DNA of 64,000 nucleotides, from positions 23,880 through 87,879 of the IMG/VR virus record IMGVR_UViG_3300011989_000010. The stretch is one strand, 5' to 3'. This document shows positions 38,937 to 48,200 of the stretch, one piece after another; the first letter of the stretch is position 1, and each line of letters starts with the position of its first letter. This stretch comes from a virus (Duplodnaviria > Caudoviricetes). Made by a program: the position numbers and the translations under genes. The notes below the pieces were generated by a model. The model worked only from the letters and a program-made list of their open reading frames with translations. It ran no database searches and was not told the DNA's origin.

Positions 38937-39714
38937 TTTTTAAATTATTGTAATCATTATCTTCATCGTCATAATCCTCATCATCAAAATCTTTGATTGG
39001 ACCACGATAATTGTCTAAATCATCATCCTTGTGAAGTTGACGTTGTTGGGCTTGTTTTTCTTGTTCTGCTCTATCGTAATCGCCCCAATACTTTTGCATT
39101 TCATCAGCATCTCTTTCGGTATCTGCAAGATTTTGCCTATATTGGGCATATTTCTTACTATTAGGTCGAGAAGTGTAAATATTATTCTTCTTTTGTCTAA
39201 TAGGTCCACTTGGCATTGTTTTAAGTTTGGACAAATCAAGCGCATTGCTATGATTAACCAATTGGTCAGTTTGTTTTCTCAGTTTATCCAAAGAAGGCTG
39301 ATAGAGATTTTCGTCCCCTTTATTAAAATGTACTTGAGTAATGACTGAAACTAAAGTGTTATCGCCATTTTCGTTATAAGCAGGTGCATCAAAACCTTGG
39401 TCTTTAGGCTCAAGTTCAAAAATAGAGTTCTTTAAAGGTTTCCATTTATTGATTCTATCAAGCCTAAATAACTTCCATTTAGGTATACCCCTTAATGTAG
39501 CACCTTGGTACTGATATGCTCGTAATGCCAAGTTTCCTGCCTTTGTTATACCTAAAGCATAAGGCTCGATAAGTCTTTGACCTGGTGCATTATTATTTTC
39601 ATCACTATAATCTATAAGGACACGAGTTCTGTTCTCAATAGCATTTGATACACTGTTTTGATCTATTGATTCATTTAATACGCTTTTTAAAATTGTGTAT
39701 AAGTTTAGACTCAT
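38902..39714 (-). CDS. WYL-domain protein
   Basis: IDYSDE...QRLIEPYALG...LRAYQ...WKLFRLDRI, the WYL signature. No N-terminal HTH. Confidence 0.85.
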   Translation of the reverse strand: MSLNLYTILKSVLNESIDQNSVSNAIENRTRVLIDYSDENNNAPGQRLIEPYALGITKAGNLALRAYQYQGATLRGIPKWKLFRLDRINKWKPLKNSIFELEPKDQGFDAPAYNENGDNTLVSVITQVHFNKGDENLYQPSLDKLRKQTDQLVNHSNALDLSKLKTMPSGPIRQKKNNIYTSRPNSKKYAQYRQNLADTERDADEMQKYWGDYDRAEQEKQAQQRQLHKDDDLDNYRGPIKDFDDEDYDDEDNDYNNLKNGRSRYNYRFR

Positions 39715-39725
39715 ATCCTGATTAG

Positions 39726-40139
39726 TTAAAGATTCTTTGTTGTTTGACCAATGAAGTATTGACCTTGTGATACGTTCTCAGCAGTCTTAATAAGGTCAGC
39801 ACCATATTGATTTTCGTTATTGTAAAGTTCAGAAGCCATAGCCTTTTTACGACCACCAATATCATTTCTACCTTCAATATCATAGATACCACCACCATTG
39901 AAAGTGTCGAAGTTAGAATAATCAATCATATTGGTTGGCTTAGAGCAATCAGGTAACCATGCAGTGTGACCTCCGTGACCTGTACCCTTACCAAGAGCAT
40001 CGCCATCGCTTAAAGCATCCTTGTGTGTTGGACCATATTGGTCTTCGATATTATAGTCTGAACGTACAATTTCGTTTTGTCTTTCAGTTATACCTCTCAA
40101 TTCAAGACAAGTTTGTCCATTCTCATTAATTGTTGACAT
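39726..40139 (-). CDS. Hypothetical protein
   Basis: 137 aa, sense TATTTAT at 40174-40180. Confidence 0.7.
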   Translation of the reverse strand: MSTINENGQTCLELRGITERQNEIVRSDYNIEDQYGPTHKDALSDGDALGKGTGHGGHTAWLPDCSKPTNMIDYSNFDTFNGGGIYDIEGRNDIGGRKKAMASELYNNENQYGADLIKTAENVSQGQYFIGQTTKNL

Positions 40140-40189
40140 AATCTTTATAAATTTTAAATATTTTATTTTAATAATAAATAGTTTCCTTG

Positions 40190-40738
40190 TTATTTTAGCA
40201 ATAATAATTGTTCTTCGTTAATCCTAATGGTCTTTTTAGATTCCCTAACTGTTACATTAACGTTTCCAACTTTAACTTGCTTAGGTGCTACTGCTTTTTG
40301 AGCATCAATAGGTTTAGCAGCCTTTGGAACTTTAGGAACAGTGTTATTATCTTTTACTGCACTTTCCTTTGCTCTGACATCTGATTGCAAATAATTTATA
40401 ATGGTTTCTTTTGCTTTTGGGTCAATGAAATTCTTTTCCTTCTTTAAGTCAATAACCATTTTACGTGCAGCAGAAGTTGGGAATTTAACGAGACCATCAT
40501 TCTTATCCAATTTAGGTGCGTTATCTTCCTTTGCTGAAATACCCTTATCCTTCTTTTTACCCTTGTTGTAAGATGCGTCTAACAATCTATTGACGGTCTT
40601 ATAACCGTCTTGTGTTTTGTTGTTGGCATACTCACCTTTAATCTTCAAGGCTAAATCGTGTATTTGTTTAGGGATTACAGTAGTTTTCTTACTTAATTTA
40701 CTATCAACTGCTTCGTCTATAAAAAGTGCCATATTCAA
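40190..40738 (-). CDS. Basic hypothetical protein ending in KKTIRINEEQLLLLK
   Basis: 182-aa ORF overlapping the upstream gene by 4 nt. Confidence 0.7.
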   Translation of the reverse strand: MNMALFIDEAVDSKLSKKTTVIPKQIHDLALKIKGEYANNKTQDGYKTVNRLLDASYNKGKKKDKGISAKEDNAPKLDKNDGLVKFPTSAARKMVIDLKKEKNFIDPKAKETIINYLQSDVRAKESAVKDNNTVPKVPKAAKPIDAQKAVAPKQVKVGNVNVTVRESKKTIRINEEQLLLLK

Positions 40739-40986
40739 TAGTTTAAAGCGTTATTGTGCGAGTTAATGCCTCCTAGAAAACCTTGATATGTGAGGCTACT
40801 AGCGACATCATCAGTATTTGGCTCTGAACCCTTCTTGATGTTACCATCTTCATCGTGAATAGGTGCAGTGTTAGAAATGCCTGTAGGGTATTCTAATGTG
40901 TCGTTATTATCGTCTAAAGTTGGTGCTTCGCCATCAATTTCGAACAATCTAGTATACTGAGATTCTGTTAATTTAATTACTTTCAT
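40735..40986 (-). CDS. Small protein with MKVIKLTESQY leader
   Basis: Likely start at 40986. Confidence 0.65.
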   Translation of the reverse strand: MKVIKLTESQYTRLFEIDGEAPTLDDNNDTLEYPTGISNTAPIHDEDGNIKKGSEPNTDDVASSLTYQGFLGGINSHNNALNY

Positions 40987-41005
40987 ATAAGACCTTTTAT
41001 TTAAA

Positions 41006-41019
41006 AATAAATATTTATT
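41006..41019. promoter_or_regulatory. Palindromic, bidirectional copy of the putative late-promoter motif
   Basis: AATAAATATTTATT gives TATTTAT on both strands between divergent genes starting at 40986 and 41044. Confidence 0.55.
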
Positions 41020-41043
41020 GGTATACAAAAATGGCTATTAGTA

Positions 41044-43044
41044 ATGTCTAACTTAAGGGAAAACAATTTACATAATATTAGACTAATGATAAACAAAGAT
41101 GAGTATTGGGATTTTTTCGTAGATAAAGATAGATACGGAAGATATTCATTCGGTAGTGGTTTGTACGATGGTTGTCTAATATCTTACATTGATGCTTGTA
41201 AAGATGAATGCGTTAGTGGTGATACTTGGTTATTCAGCACTAAAGATTACGCATGGGATGATGCCACATCAATAGATAATACCTTATATAACATATCATA
41301 CACTGGAAGTGATAATGGCTTATTCAGATTTAGAAAGGATAGAATATCTAACGAAGATTTCTGGAATTTATACCAAAACAATTCATTTAGACTTGAAGGT
41401 GATGATTTACGTTTAAAACTTCACTCAGTAAGTGGGAACACACTTCAGTATGAATATCCTTTACATGTTGAAGATTGCCAAATAAAATTAAATGGAGGCT
41501 TCTATCAAGGATTTTTTGAGACTGAATGTGATAAATATCAGATTTTACCTAACAAAATGATAGATAATACCCCTTGGGAGTTTGAATTTCAATTAAAGAA
41601 GTGTGATTTAGAAGCTGAATCAACAAAAACTTTAAATGATAAATACCCAAACAATAAGGGAATATTTTTTTACATTGGTACACGTTCTGAAAATAAATGG
41701 GTTTATCTTTATCATCCTGAAGACGATTGCTTTACTTTATCACCTGATGATTATGTAGAAGATTCACACATTGATAAAAACGACTATATAATTGGTAACT
41801 TCTATGACCCTGAACCTTATTTTGAGGAGACTTTTGATGATTATGTAGAGGAATATACAAATTACAATTATTATGATCCTAAGTATTACGAAAAGGATTG
41901 TGATGATGAGATATTTGGCCTTGAAGATTTCGCTGATTTCCCAAGTAAGCCTAAACTTATAGATGAGAATTTACCGCATAACAACTTTGATAGTTGGTGT
42001 TGTGATTGGGAAGAAACACCTAAGCAAAAAGAGATTAGAACCTTCTATAGAGGATGCCGTTGCTCTTCTTGCGGCTGCGGTAAATACACTGAGGTAAAAG
42101 GAAGAGATGTTACAAACACTGAAAGCAATTTAGGTAAAGGTTCTGATAATCAAGATTTATTATTTGGTGACGATTATTTCATTTCAGATTTTGATGGCTT
42201 AGGTTATGATACTGATTATTTTGAGCCAGAATTGGATATATCAGATTTTGATTACCAAACAACAAATGGTATCTCAATAAAAGAGGCGAATAAAGGCTTG
42301 CTTTTTACAACTGATAACAAATTCTTGTTGTTCAATAGGACTTGCACTGGATACACTACGAATAATTGGATTGAAGGTACACAAATGGAAGTGTATGGAA
42401 AAAAGACAAAATTCAGAGATAACTTGTTCATTTTGATGAATAGGACTTGCACTGGGTATACAGTTGATAACATAGACCAATTAAGGGATAAGGTTAATAA
42501 TCAATACGATTATCAAGATTTTTATGGTGATTTATACAATAATGCTTTGGCTTTTCGCATTACTGATGACGGTGAAATAGGATATAGATTATTGACAATA
42601 GATTGTAATAAGGAAGGTGATGATAAAACTGCCATAGAAGAGGGTTATTCGTTCCCTAACGTGATAAAAGACTGCAAGTGGCAAACAATACACGTTAAGA
42701 TAATTCCAACGTTAGACACAATGAAAATGTACTTCTACGTTGATGGCAAACTTGTATATATAACTAAGGAATTACCTAAATTAAATTTGAGACCATTGAA
42801 TGAAGAATATGTCAAGCAAGAAGGTGTCCCTTATAACATCTCTTTAGGTGGGGGAACACAAGGCTTGGCCGAGACAATATTACCAAATTATATGCTGAAT
42901 CCGACAAGAGTATATCCACTAGAGGAATATTTTGCTGGTTCATTCATTGGATATATGAAATCATTCAAATTCTATGACTGTGGATTGGAGTATGGCAACA
43001 TTTTAAGTAATTACAATTTTGAAAAGAAAAACAATACAGATTGA
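41044..43044 (+). CDS. Probable virion protein with a LamG/ConA-like beta-sandwich
   Basis: 666 aa. WEFEFQL, IFFYIGT, WQTIHVKI, YFYVDGKL, ISLGGG, FIGYMKSFKFY. Heads the fibre-gene cluster. Confidence 0.55.
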   Translation: MSNLRENNLHNIRLMINKDEYWDFFVDKDRYGRYSFGSGLYDGCLISYIDACKDECVSGDTWLFSTKDYAWDDATSIDNTLYNISYTGSDNGLFRFRKDRISNEDFWNLYQNNSFRLEGDDLRLKLHSVSGNTLQYEYPLHVEDCQIKLNGGFYQGFFETECDKYQILPNKMIDNTPWEFEFQLKKCDLEAESTKTLNDKYPNNKGIFFYIGTRSENKWVYLYHPEDDCFTLSPDDYVEDSHIDKNDYIIGNFYDPEPYFEETFDDYVEEYTNYNYYDPKYYEKDCDDEIFGLEDFADFPSKPKLIDENLPHNNFDSWCCDWEETPKQKEIRTFYRGCRCSSCGCGKYTEVKGRDVTNTESNLGKGSDNQDLLFGDDYFISDFDGLGYDTDYFEPELDISDFDYQTTNGISIKEANKGLLFTTDNKFLLFNRTCTGYTTNNWIEGTQMEVYGKKTKFRDNLFILMNRTCTGYTVDNIDQLRDKVNNQYDYQDFYGDLYNNALAFRITDDGEIGYRLLTIDCNKEGDDKTAIEEGYSFPNVIKDCKWQTIHVKIIPTLDTMKMYFYVDGKLVYITKELPKLNLRPLNEEYVKQEGVPYNISLGGGTQGLAETILPNYMLNPTRVYPLEEYFAGSFIGYMKSFKFYDCGLEYGNILSNYNFEKKNNTD

Positions 43045-43050
43045 TATTGA

Positions 43051-43087
43051 CAAAAAGGTGAATTTCTTTAAGGAGTTCACCTTTTTG
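43051..43087 (+). terminator. Terminator hairpin
   Basis: CAAAAAGGTGAATT...AGTTCACCTTTTTG. Confidence 0.8.
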
Positions 43088-43136
43088 TTGTTTTTAAAAC
43101 TATTTATTAACAAATAAGCGAAACAATAATAATAAT

Positions 43137-45182
43137 ATGAAGGGATTGTATTTTTACAAACTTGTATCTCCATATTCTGAAGATGTAACAAAAAATTGCA
43201 GATTGACAGTCAATGAAATAGATGGCAACTTTTTGAATCTTAAGGATGAGGACATTAAAAGCGCTGAATTCGATTGTGAAGCGAAAGTCTTAACTCTCAC
43301 AAGAAATAACGGCGAGACGCTGCAAGCCGATATGTCTTGTGCTTGGCAAGGGTTGACATCAAATTTCGATGTAACATTCGAAGATAGCGGTTGCACTGGT
43401 TCAGGTGTTCTTAAGTTCACTTGGGATGAAGATGGGGAGACATACGAGTCAACAATTAGAGGACTCGTAACAAAAGACAACATTGGTAATTATGTTATGA
43501 CTGAAGCAATTACTGATGGAACTATCATAGGTAATGGTAGAGATGGTAATCCATTGTCTCTCAACCCCGTTGAACAAACTGGTCATTATAGACCAGTTAT
43601 TGACTTGAAGGATATGACCAATGGTGAATCATTGCCAACAAATAATGAACTTGGAGATAGATACCTTACATTAGAAAAAATTGATGACTATGGTTATCTT
43701 TACAATATAGATGGTGTCAAAGAGTTAGAGGCTAAACTTTCAAATGGTTGGAGAATTCCTACTAAGACAGATTGGGACAATTTGCTTAATGCTATTGAAC
43801 CTTGCGCTTATAGAAGCCATCAATTACCCGATTGCCACGTAGAACTTGGTAAGATTGCAGGTAAAGAACTGAAGACTGCAAATGATTGGCCTTTTGACCC
43901 TGCTACAAGCGGAATTACTGACGATACTGCTTATCTTTTTGATGAGGTAGTACCTTCAGAGAAGCCTATCAATACTAAGGGTACAAATAAATACGGATTC
44001 TCAGCATTACCTGGTGGTTTTGCATACGAGAAGGGTGGTCAGATTCAGAAATTTGGTGAATATGCAAGTTTCTGGACAAACACACAGACTATGCCTGATG
44101 TACAAAGTGATTATTATACTAAAACTTTTATGTACAATAAGGCTGGCGTATGGCAGTCAGCAGAATGTCCATTTGATTATCGTTCAGTAAGACTTGTAAA
44201 GGATTATAACGGTAGCAATGCAAGGGAAAGCGCTTACATTGGTGGAAAGTATTATGAAGAACTTTTACTTCCTTCAATGAATTCTGAGCACGGCTTTGCT
44301 ATTTGGACTAAGACAAATGTTGATCTTGAGGTTTCTGACAAAAATCATATTAAGTATAGAGACTATAATGACTCTTACAATACAAAGTCTCATAACGTTT
44401 ATGTGATTAATGAGTGGACAGGTGAAGATTGGGAGAGAAAGATTATGCCTGAAGGTGGCGTAATTGTCATTAACAATGAGCAGTGTAGAGAGCTTAATGG
44501 TAAAGATTTTATATATGATGTAGATACTGAGTTCAGATTGGTTAAAGGTGAATTAAAGGCTACAGATGAACTTGTTTTTGGTAAAGTATGGGAAAAGCTT
44601 AATCCTATTATTTTAAACATCAATAATAAGATTTCTGCTGAGACTGAAGCGAGAATTGCTGCTGACGAGGCTTTATCTGGTGCAATAGAAACTGAGAAAC
44701 AGCAACGAATTGCTACTGACGAAGCGTTATCTGGCGCTATCGAAACTGAGACTGAAGAGAGAATTTCTGCTGACAATGCTTTATCTGGCGCTATCGAAAC
44801 TGAGACTGAAGAGAGAATTTCTGCTGACAATGCTTTATCTGGCGCTATTGAAACTGAGAAGCAGGAACGAATTGCTGCTGACGAAGCATTATCAGGTGCT
44901 ATCGAAACTGAGACTGAAGCTAGAATTGCAGCTGATGAGGCTTTATCTGGTGCCATAGAAACTGAGAAGCAGGAACGAATTACTGCTGATGAGGTATTAT
45001 CAGATGCTATTGACGCAGAAGAAAATCGTGCAAAGGCTGAAGAAAAGAGAATTGAAGGTTTAATTCATAAGGGCGGTCTTCGTACTATTCCAGCTAATGG
45101 TAGTGTAGTAATTCCTTCTTATGATGGTAATGAAGAAAACAATATCACCCTTAATTTCGATGGAAATTTCGGTGAGATATAA
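43137..45182 (+). CDS. Tail-associated protein with an internal Fib_succ_major-type lectin domain and coiled-coil repeats
   Basis: GYLYN...GWRIPTKTDWDNL...NKYGFSALPGG...ASFWT...YRSVRLVKD, followed by 18-aa repeats. Confidence 0.75.
   Translation: MKGLYFYKLVSPYSEDVTKNCRLTVNEIDGNFLNLKDEDIKSAEFDCEAKVLTLTRNNGETLQADMSCAWQGLTSNFDVTFEDSGCTGSGVLKFTWDEDGETYESTIRGLVTKDNIGNYVMTEAITDGTIIGNGRDGNPLSLNPVEQTGHYRPVIDLKDMTNGESLPTNNELGDRYLTLEKIDDYGYLYNIDGVKELEAKLSNGWRIPTKTDWDNLLNAIEPCAYRSHQLPDCHVELGKIAGKELKTANDWPFDPATSGITDDTAYLFDEVVPSEKPINTKGTNKYGFSALPGGFAYEKGGQIQKFGEYASFWTNTQTMPDVQSDYYTKTFMYNKAGVWQSAECPFDYRSVRLVKDYNGSNARESAYIGGKYYEELLLPSMNSEHGFAIWTKTNVDLEVSDKNHIKYRDYNDSYNTKSHNVYVINEWTGEDWERKIMPEGGVIVINNEQCRELNGKDFIYDVDTEFRLVKGELKATDELVFGKVWEKLNPIILNINNKISAETEARIAADEALSGAIETEKQQRIATDEALSGAIETETEERISADNALSGAIETETEERISADNALSGAIETEKQERIAADEALSGAIETETEARIAADEALSGAIETEKQERITADEVLSDAIDAEENRAKAEEKRIEGLIHKGGLRTIPANGSVVIPSYDGNEENNITLNFDGNFGEI
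44632..45020 (+). repeat. 54-nt (18-aa) tandem coding repeat, about 7 copies
   Basis: Unit type RIAADEALSGAIETE(T/K)(E/Q)E. Confidence 0.92.
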
Positions 45183-45209
45183 AATAATATAGAAAGATAT
45201 ATTAAGACA

Positions 45210-48200
45210 ATGATTAATAGATTACAATTTCTGCATAAAAGTGAGTTGTTCGAGACAAGAGAGAAAGCAATCGAATTCTTGGATGGTTTGCGAATAACAC
45301 GTCCTTCATTATTTGCAGAACCTGTTGTGGTAAGATATGGTAATGAGAAAGAGCCAAATGTAATTCTTGCAATTGGTGCTACTGGCTCAGGCACAAGTCA
45401 GCCAACGCTTGATACATCATATTTTATAATTGATGCTCAGGGTATTAAGGACGATATTCAAGAGAAATACAATGAAATCGAACATGCTCTTGCTAAACTT
45501 GCCTTTGCGGTAGTTGATACTGATACTTTGGATTTAGAAAAGATCGAGACTGAAGATAGTACTGCTTTAAAGGGTAATGTTAAAGTTCCTGAGGAGGTTG
45601 TTATTAATGGTAGTAATATCACGAATATCATCAAGACAAATAAGGATGGCCTTTATTCTTATGTAAATCTTAAGTTCGATGATAAGACAAATACTTTCAC
45701 ATTCCAAGTTAATGAAAACGTTAATACATTCTCAATTCCTGTAATTGAGAGCGGTAAATATGACATTAGTAAGGAAGCAATCGTTTTCACATTTACTGAT
45801 GGCACAACAACTGAGGTTGATGTCGATGACCTTATTGATGAGTGGACAACTGAAGAAGAGAACTCTGAAACTCCAATTGTTTTAACAAAGGAGAGACACA
45901 CTGACGAGAACACTGACATGGACGATAGGAATAAAGACCATTGGAAGGATGTACTTAAGGCTGATGTCAGAATTGCTCCTGATAAGGAGCATAACATTCT
46001 TAAAAAGACAGATGATGGTAGAAACCTTTACGTTCAGGGTACTGCTGATAATATCTTTTTCAAGGATGGCAAGAATGTTAAAGAGGCTATTGAAGCTATT
46101 AATACTGAGGTTTCTTCAGCATACACAGGCAATATCATCTTTAAGGACTATGCGAATAATGGTAACTACAATGGTATCGCAGCAAATGTTGATGTGGAGT
46201 ATAAAAAGGAAACTAACATACTTGTTTTCAAACGTTCAGACAATAATGGTCAAATTGTAAGTAAGGAGTTCAAACTTAATAGCGCTGCATTCATTGACGA
46301 CATCTCTTATGATACTGTAAATGAGAAAATTACAATCAGATACAAGGATGAGGAAGGCAAAGTTCATCTGACTGATATTGACCTTTCTACATTGCTTGAT
46401 GATTGGGTAACAAATAGTGACGGTCACAATGTTGAGCTTAATAAACAAATAAAGCATGGTGATAAGGATGTCTTAACTGCTGACGTTAAGTTGACTGCGA
46501 AGACTAATGATAATTACCAGATTCTTGAAGAAAGAGATAATAAACTTTACGTTAGGGGTACTGCTGACAACATTGTATATGATACTGAAAAAGGAGAGAC
46601 TGTTAAGTCTGCATTTGAGAGGATTGAAAATGAATTACAAACTGAGTCAGACAGATCCGTATCAGCAGAAAAAGCATTAAGCTCTTCTGTTGATACAATA
46701 AACAGTACTATTGGTTCAGGCTTTACTACATTAAAGACAGAGACTATAACAGACAAGTTCACGTCATTAAGTGGAAAGGTAGATAATGAAATTTCTGAAA
46801 GGAAAGAATCTGATGAGAATTTTAAAAAGTCTATTGAAACACTTACAGAATCTGCTGAAACTGCAAATACAAATATTACAAATCTGTATAACGGATTAGG
46901 CGATGATTATATCGGCAATAATGATTCACATACTGCTGAAAATACTGTAACAAACAGACTTCACAGATTAGAAGTATCTGCAACTACTGCTGATGCAAAT
47001 ATAAAAGAATTGTCAAGTAAGGCCGCAAATCTGACAAGTTCGGCTGAAACATCAAATGCAAAAAATTTAGAACTGACAAACAGTGCAAGTACTTTATTTG
47101 AAAAAGCTGATGCATTAGACGACAAGATTGATGCAGTAAGCGGAAGTGCTCATTTTGAGGTTGGTGATACCGATACTGTAGCAATGAGCAAGAATGCTGA
47201 TGTAACATCACATACAGTTACTGCTAATGTTAAGGTTTCTTCAAAAGAAAAGAATACCATTTTAGTTGATGGTAATAATGGTCTTTATGCTTCATTGGAT
47301 TATGATGCTAATAGAAATGTCATTATTATTTCTGATACTAATAACGACACTCATAAGAGGGAGATTCAATTGAACTCAGTTTCAGTAATTGAATACATGA
47401 GGTATGACAAAGCACGTGAGGTAATCGTTATTGGTTACAAGTCAAATGCTTCTTTAAGTGAAACAAATACCCTTGAAATTCCTATTACTGATGTATTGAG
47501 TGAGTGGGAAACAAACAACAATAGCCATAGCGTTAGATTAGTCAGGACTCAACATAGTGTAAATGGCACTGATGAATTATCAGGTGATGTTGTTCTTGCT
47601 ACTGAAGGTAATTACACAGACAACTTGATTAAGTTGGTCACAACGACTGCTTATGATGAGGAAATGAAGGGTCTTTACGTAAGCGGTGATAAAGTTAATG
47701 AGTCTGCAAGAGGTATTGCAACAGAAGAGGCTAAGGCTGCTGCTGATAAGGCTCTTGTAGATGCTAAAAGCTATACCGATTCAGTTCACGATACAGTTAA
47801 GAGCGAAATCAATACTGCTAATGAAAATGGCGTTAGTGAGGCTAATACTTACACTGATAATAAACTTGAAAGGTATGACCACAACTTGCACGATGAGTTG
47901 TCTACCATTAGTGCAAGCACAGTAAATCAGGCGGTTACAACCGCTAGTGCTTACACTGATAATAAAGTTAGTGGTGTTGATACAAAGGCACAAGGGTATG
48001 CTTCTGATGCTGAAATAAATTCAAAGAATTATGCTGATAGATTAAGGCAGACTTCTAAGGATGAGATTAGTGGGCTTACAACTAGCTTGCAGCAAATGAT
48101 TATCAGCGAGTCCAATGAAAGAGCTAGTGGTATCACTGATGTTAGCAATAAAGTTAGCCAAGAGACAAGTGCTAGAACCGCTGCTGATGACCTCATCAAT

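Noticed and set aside
44399-44956. 185-aa repetitive minus-strand ORF, and similar antisense ORFs such as 1065..1454, 18939..19505 and 29201..29647
   Set aside because: These are antisense shadows of well-supported genes or repeats, with no independent promoter or motif evidence.
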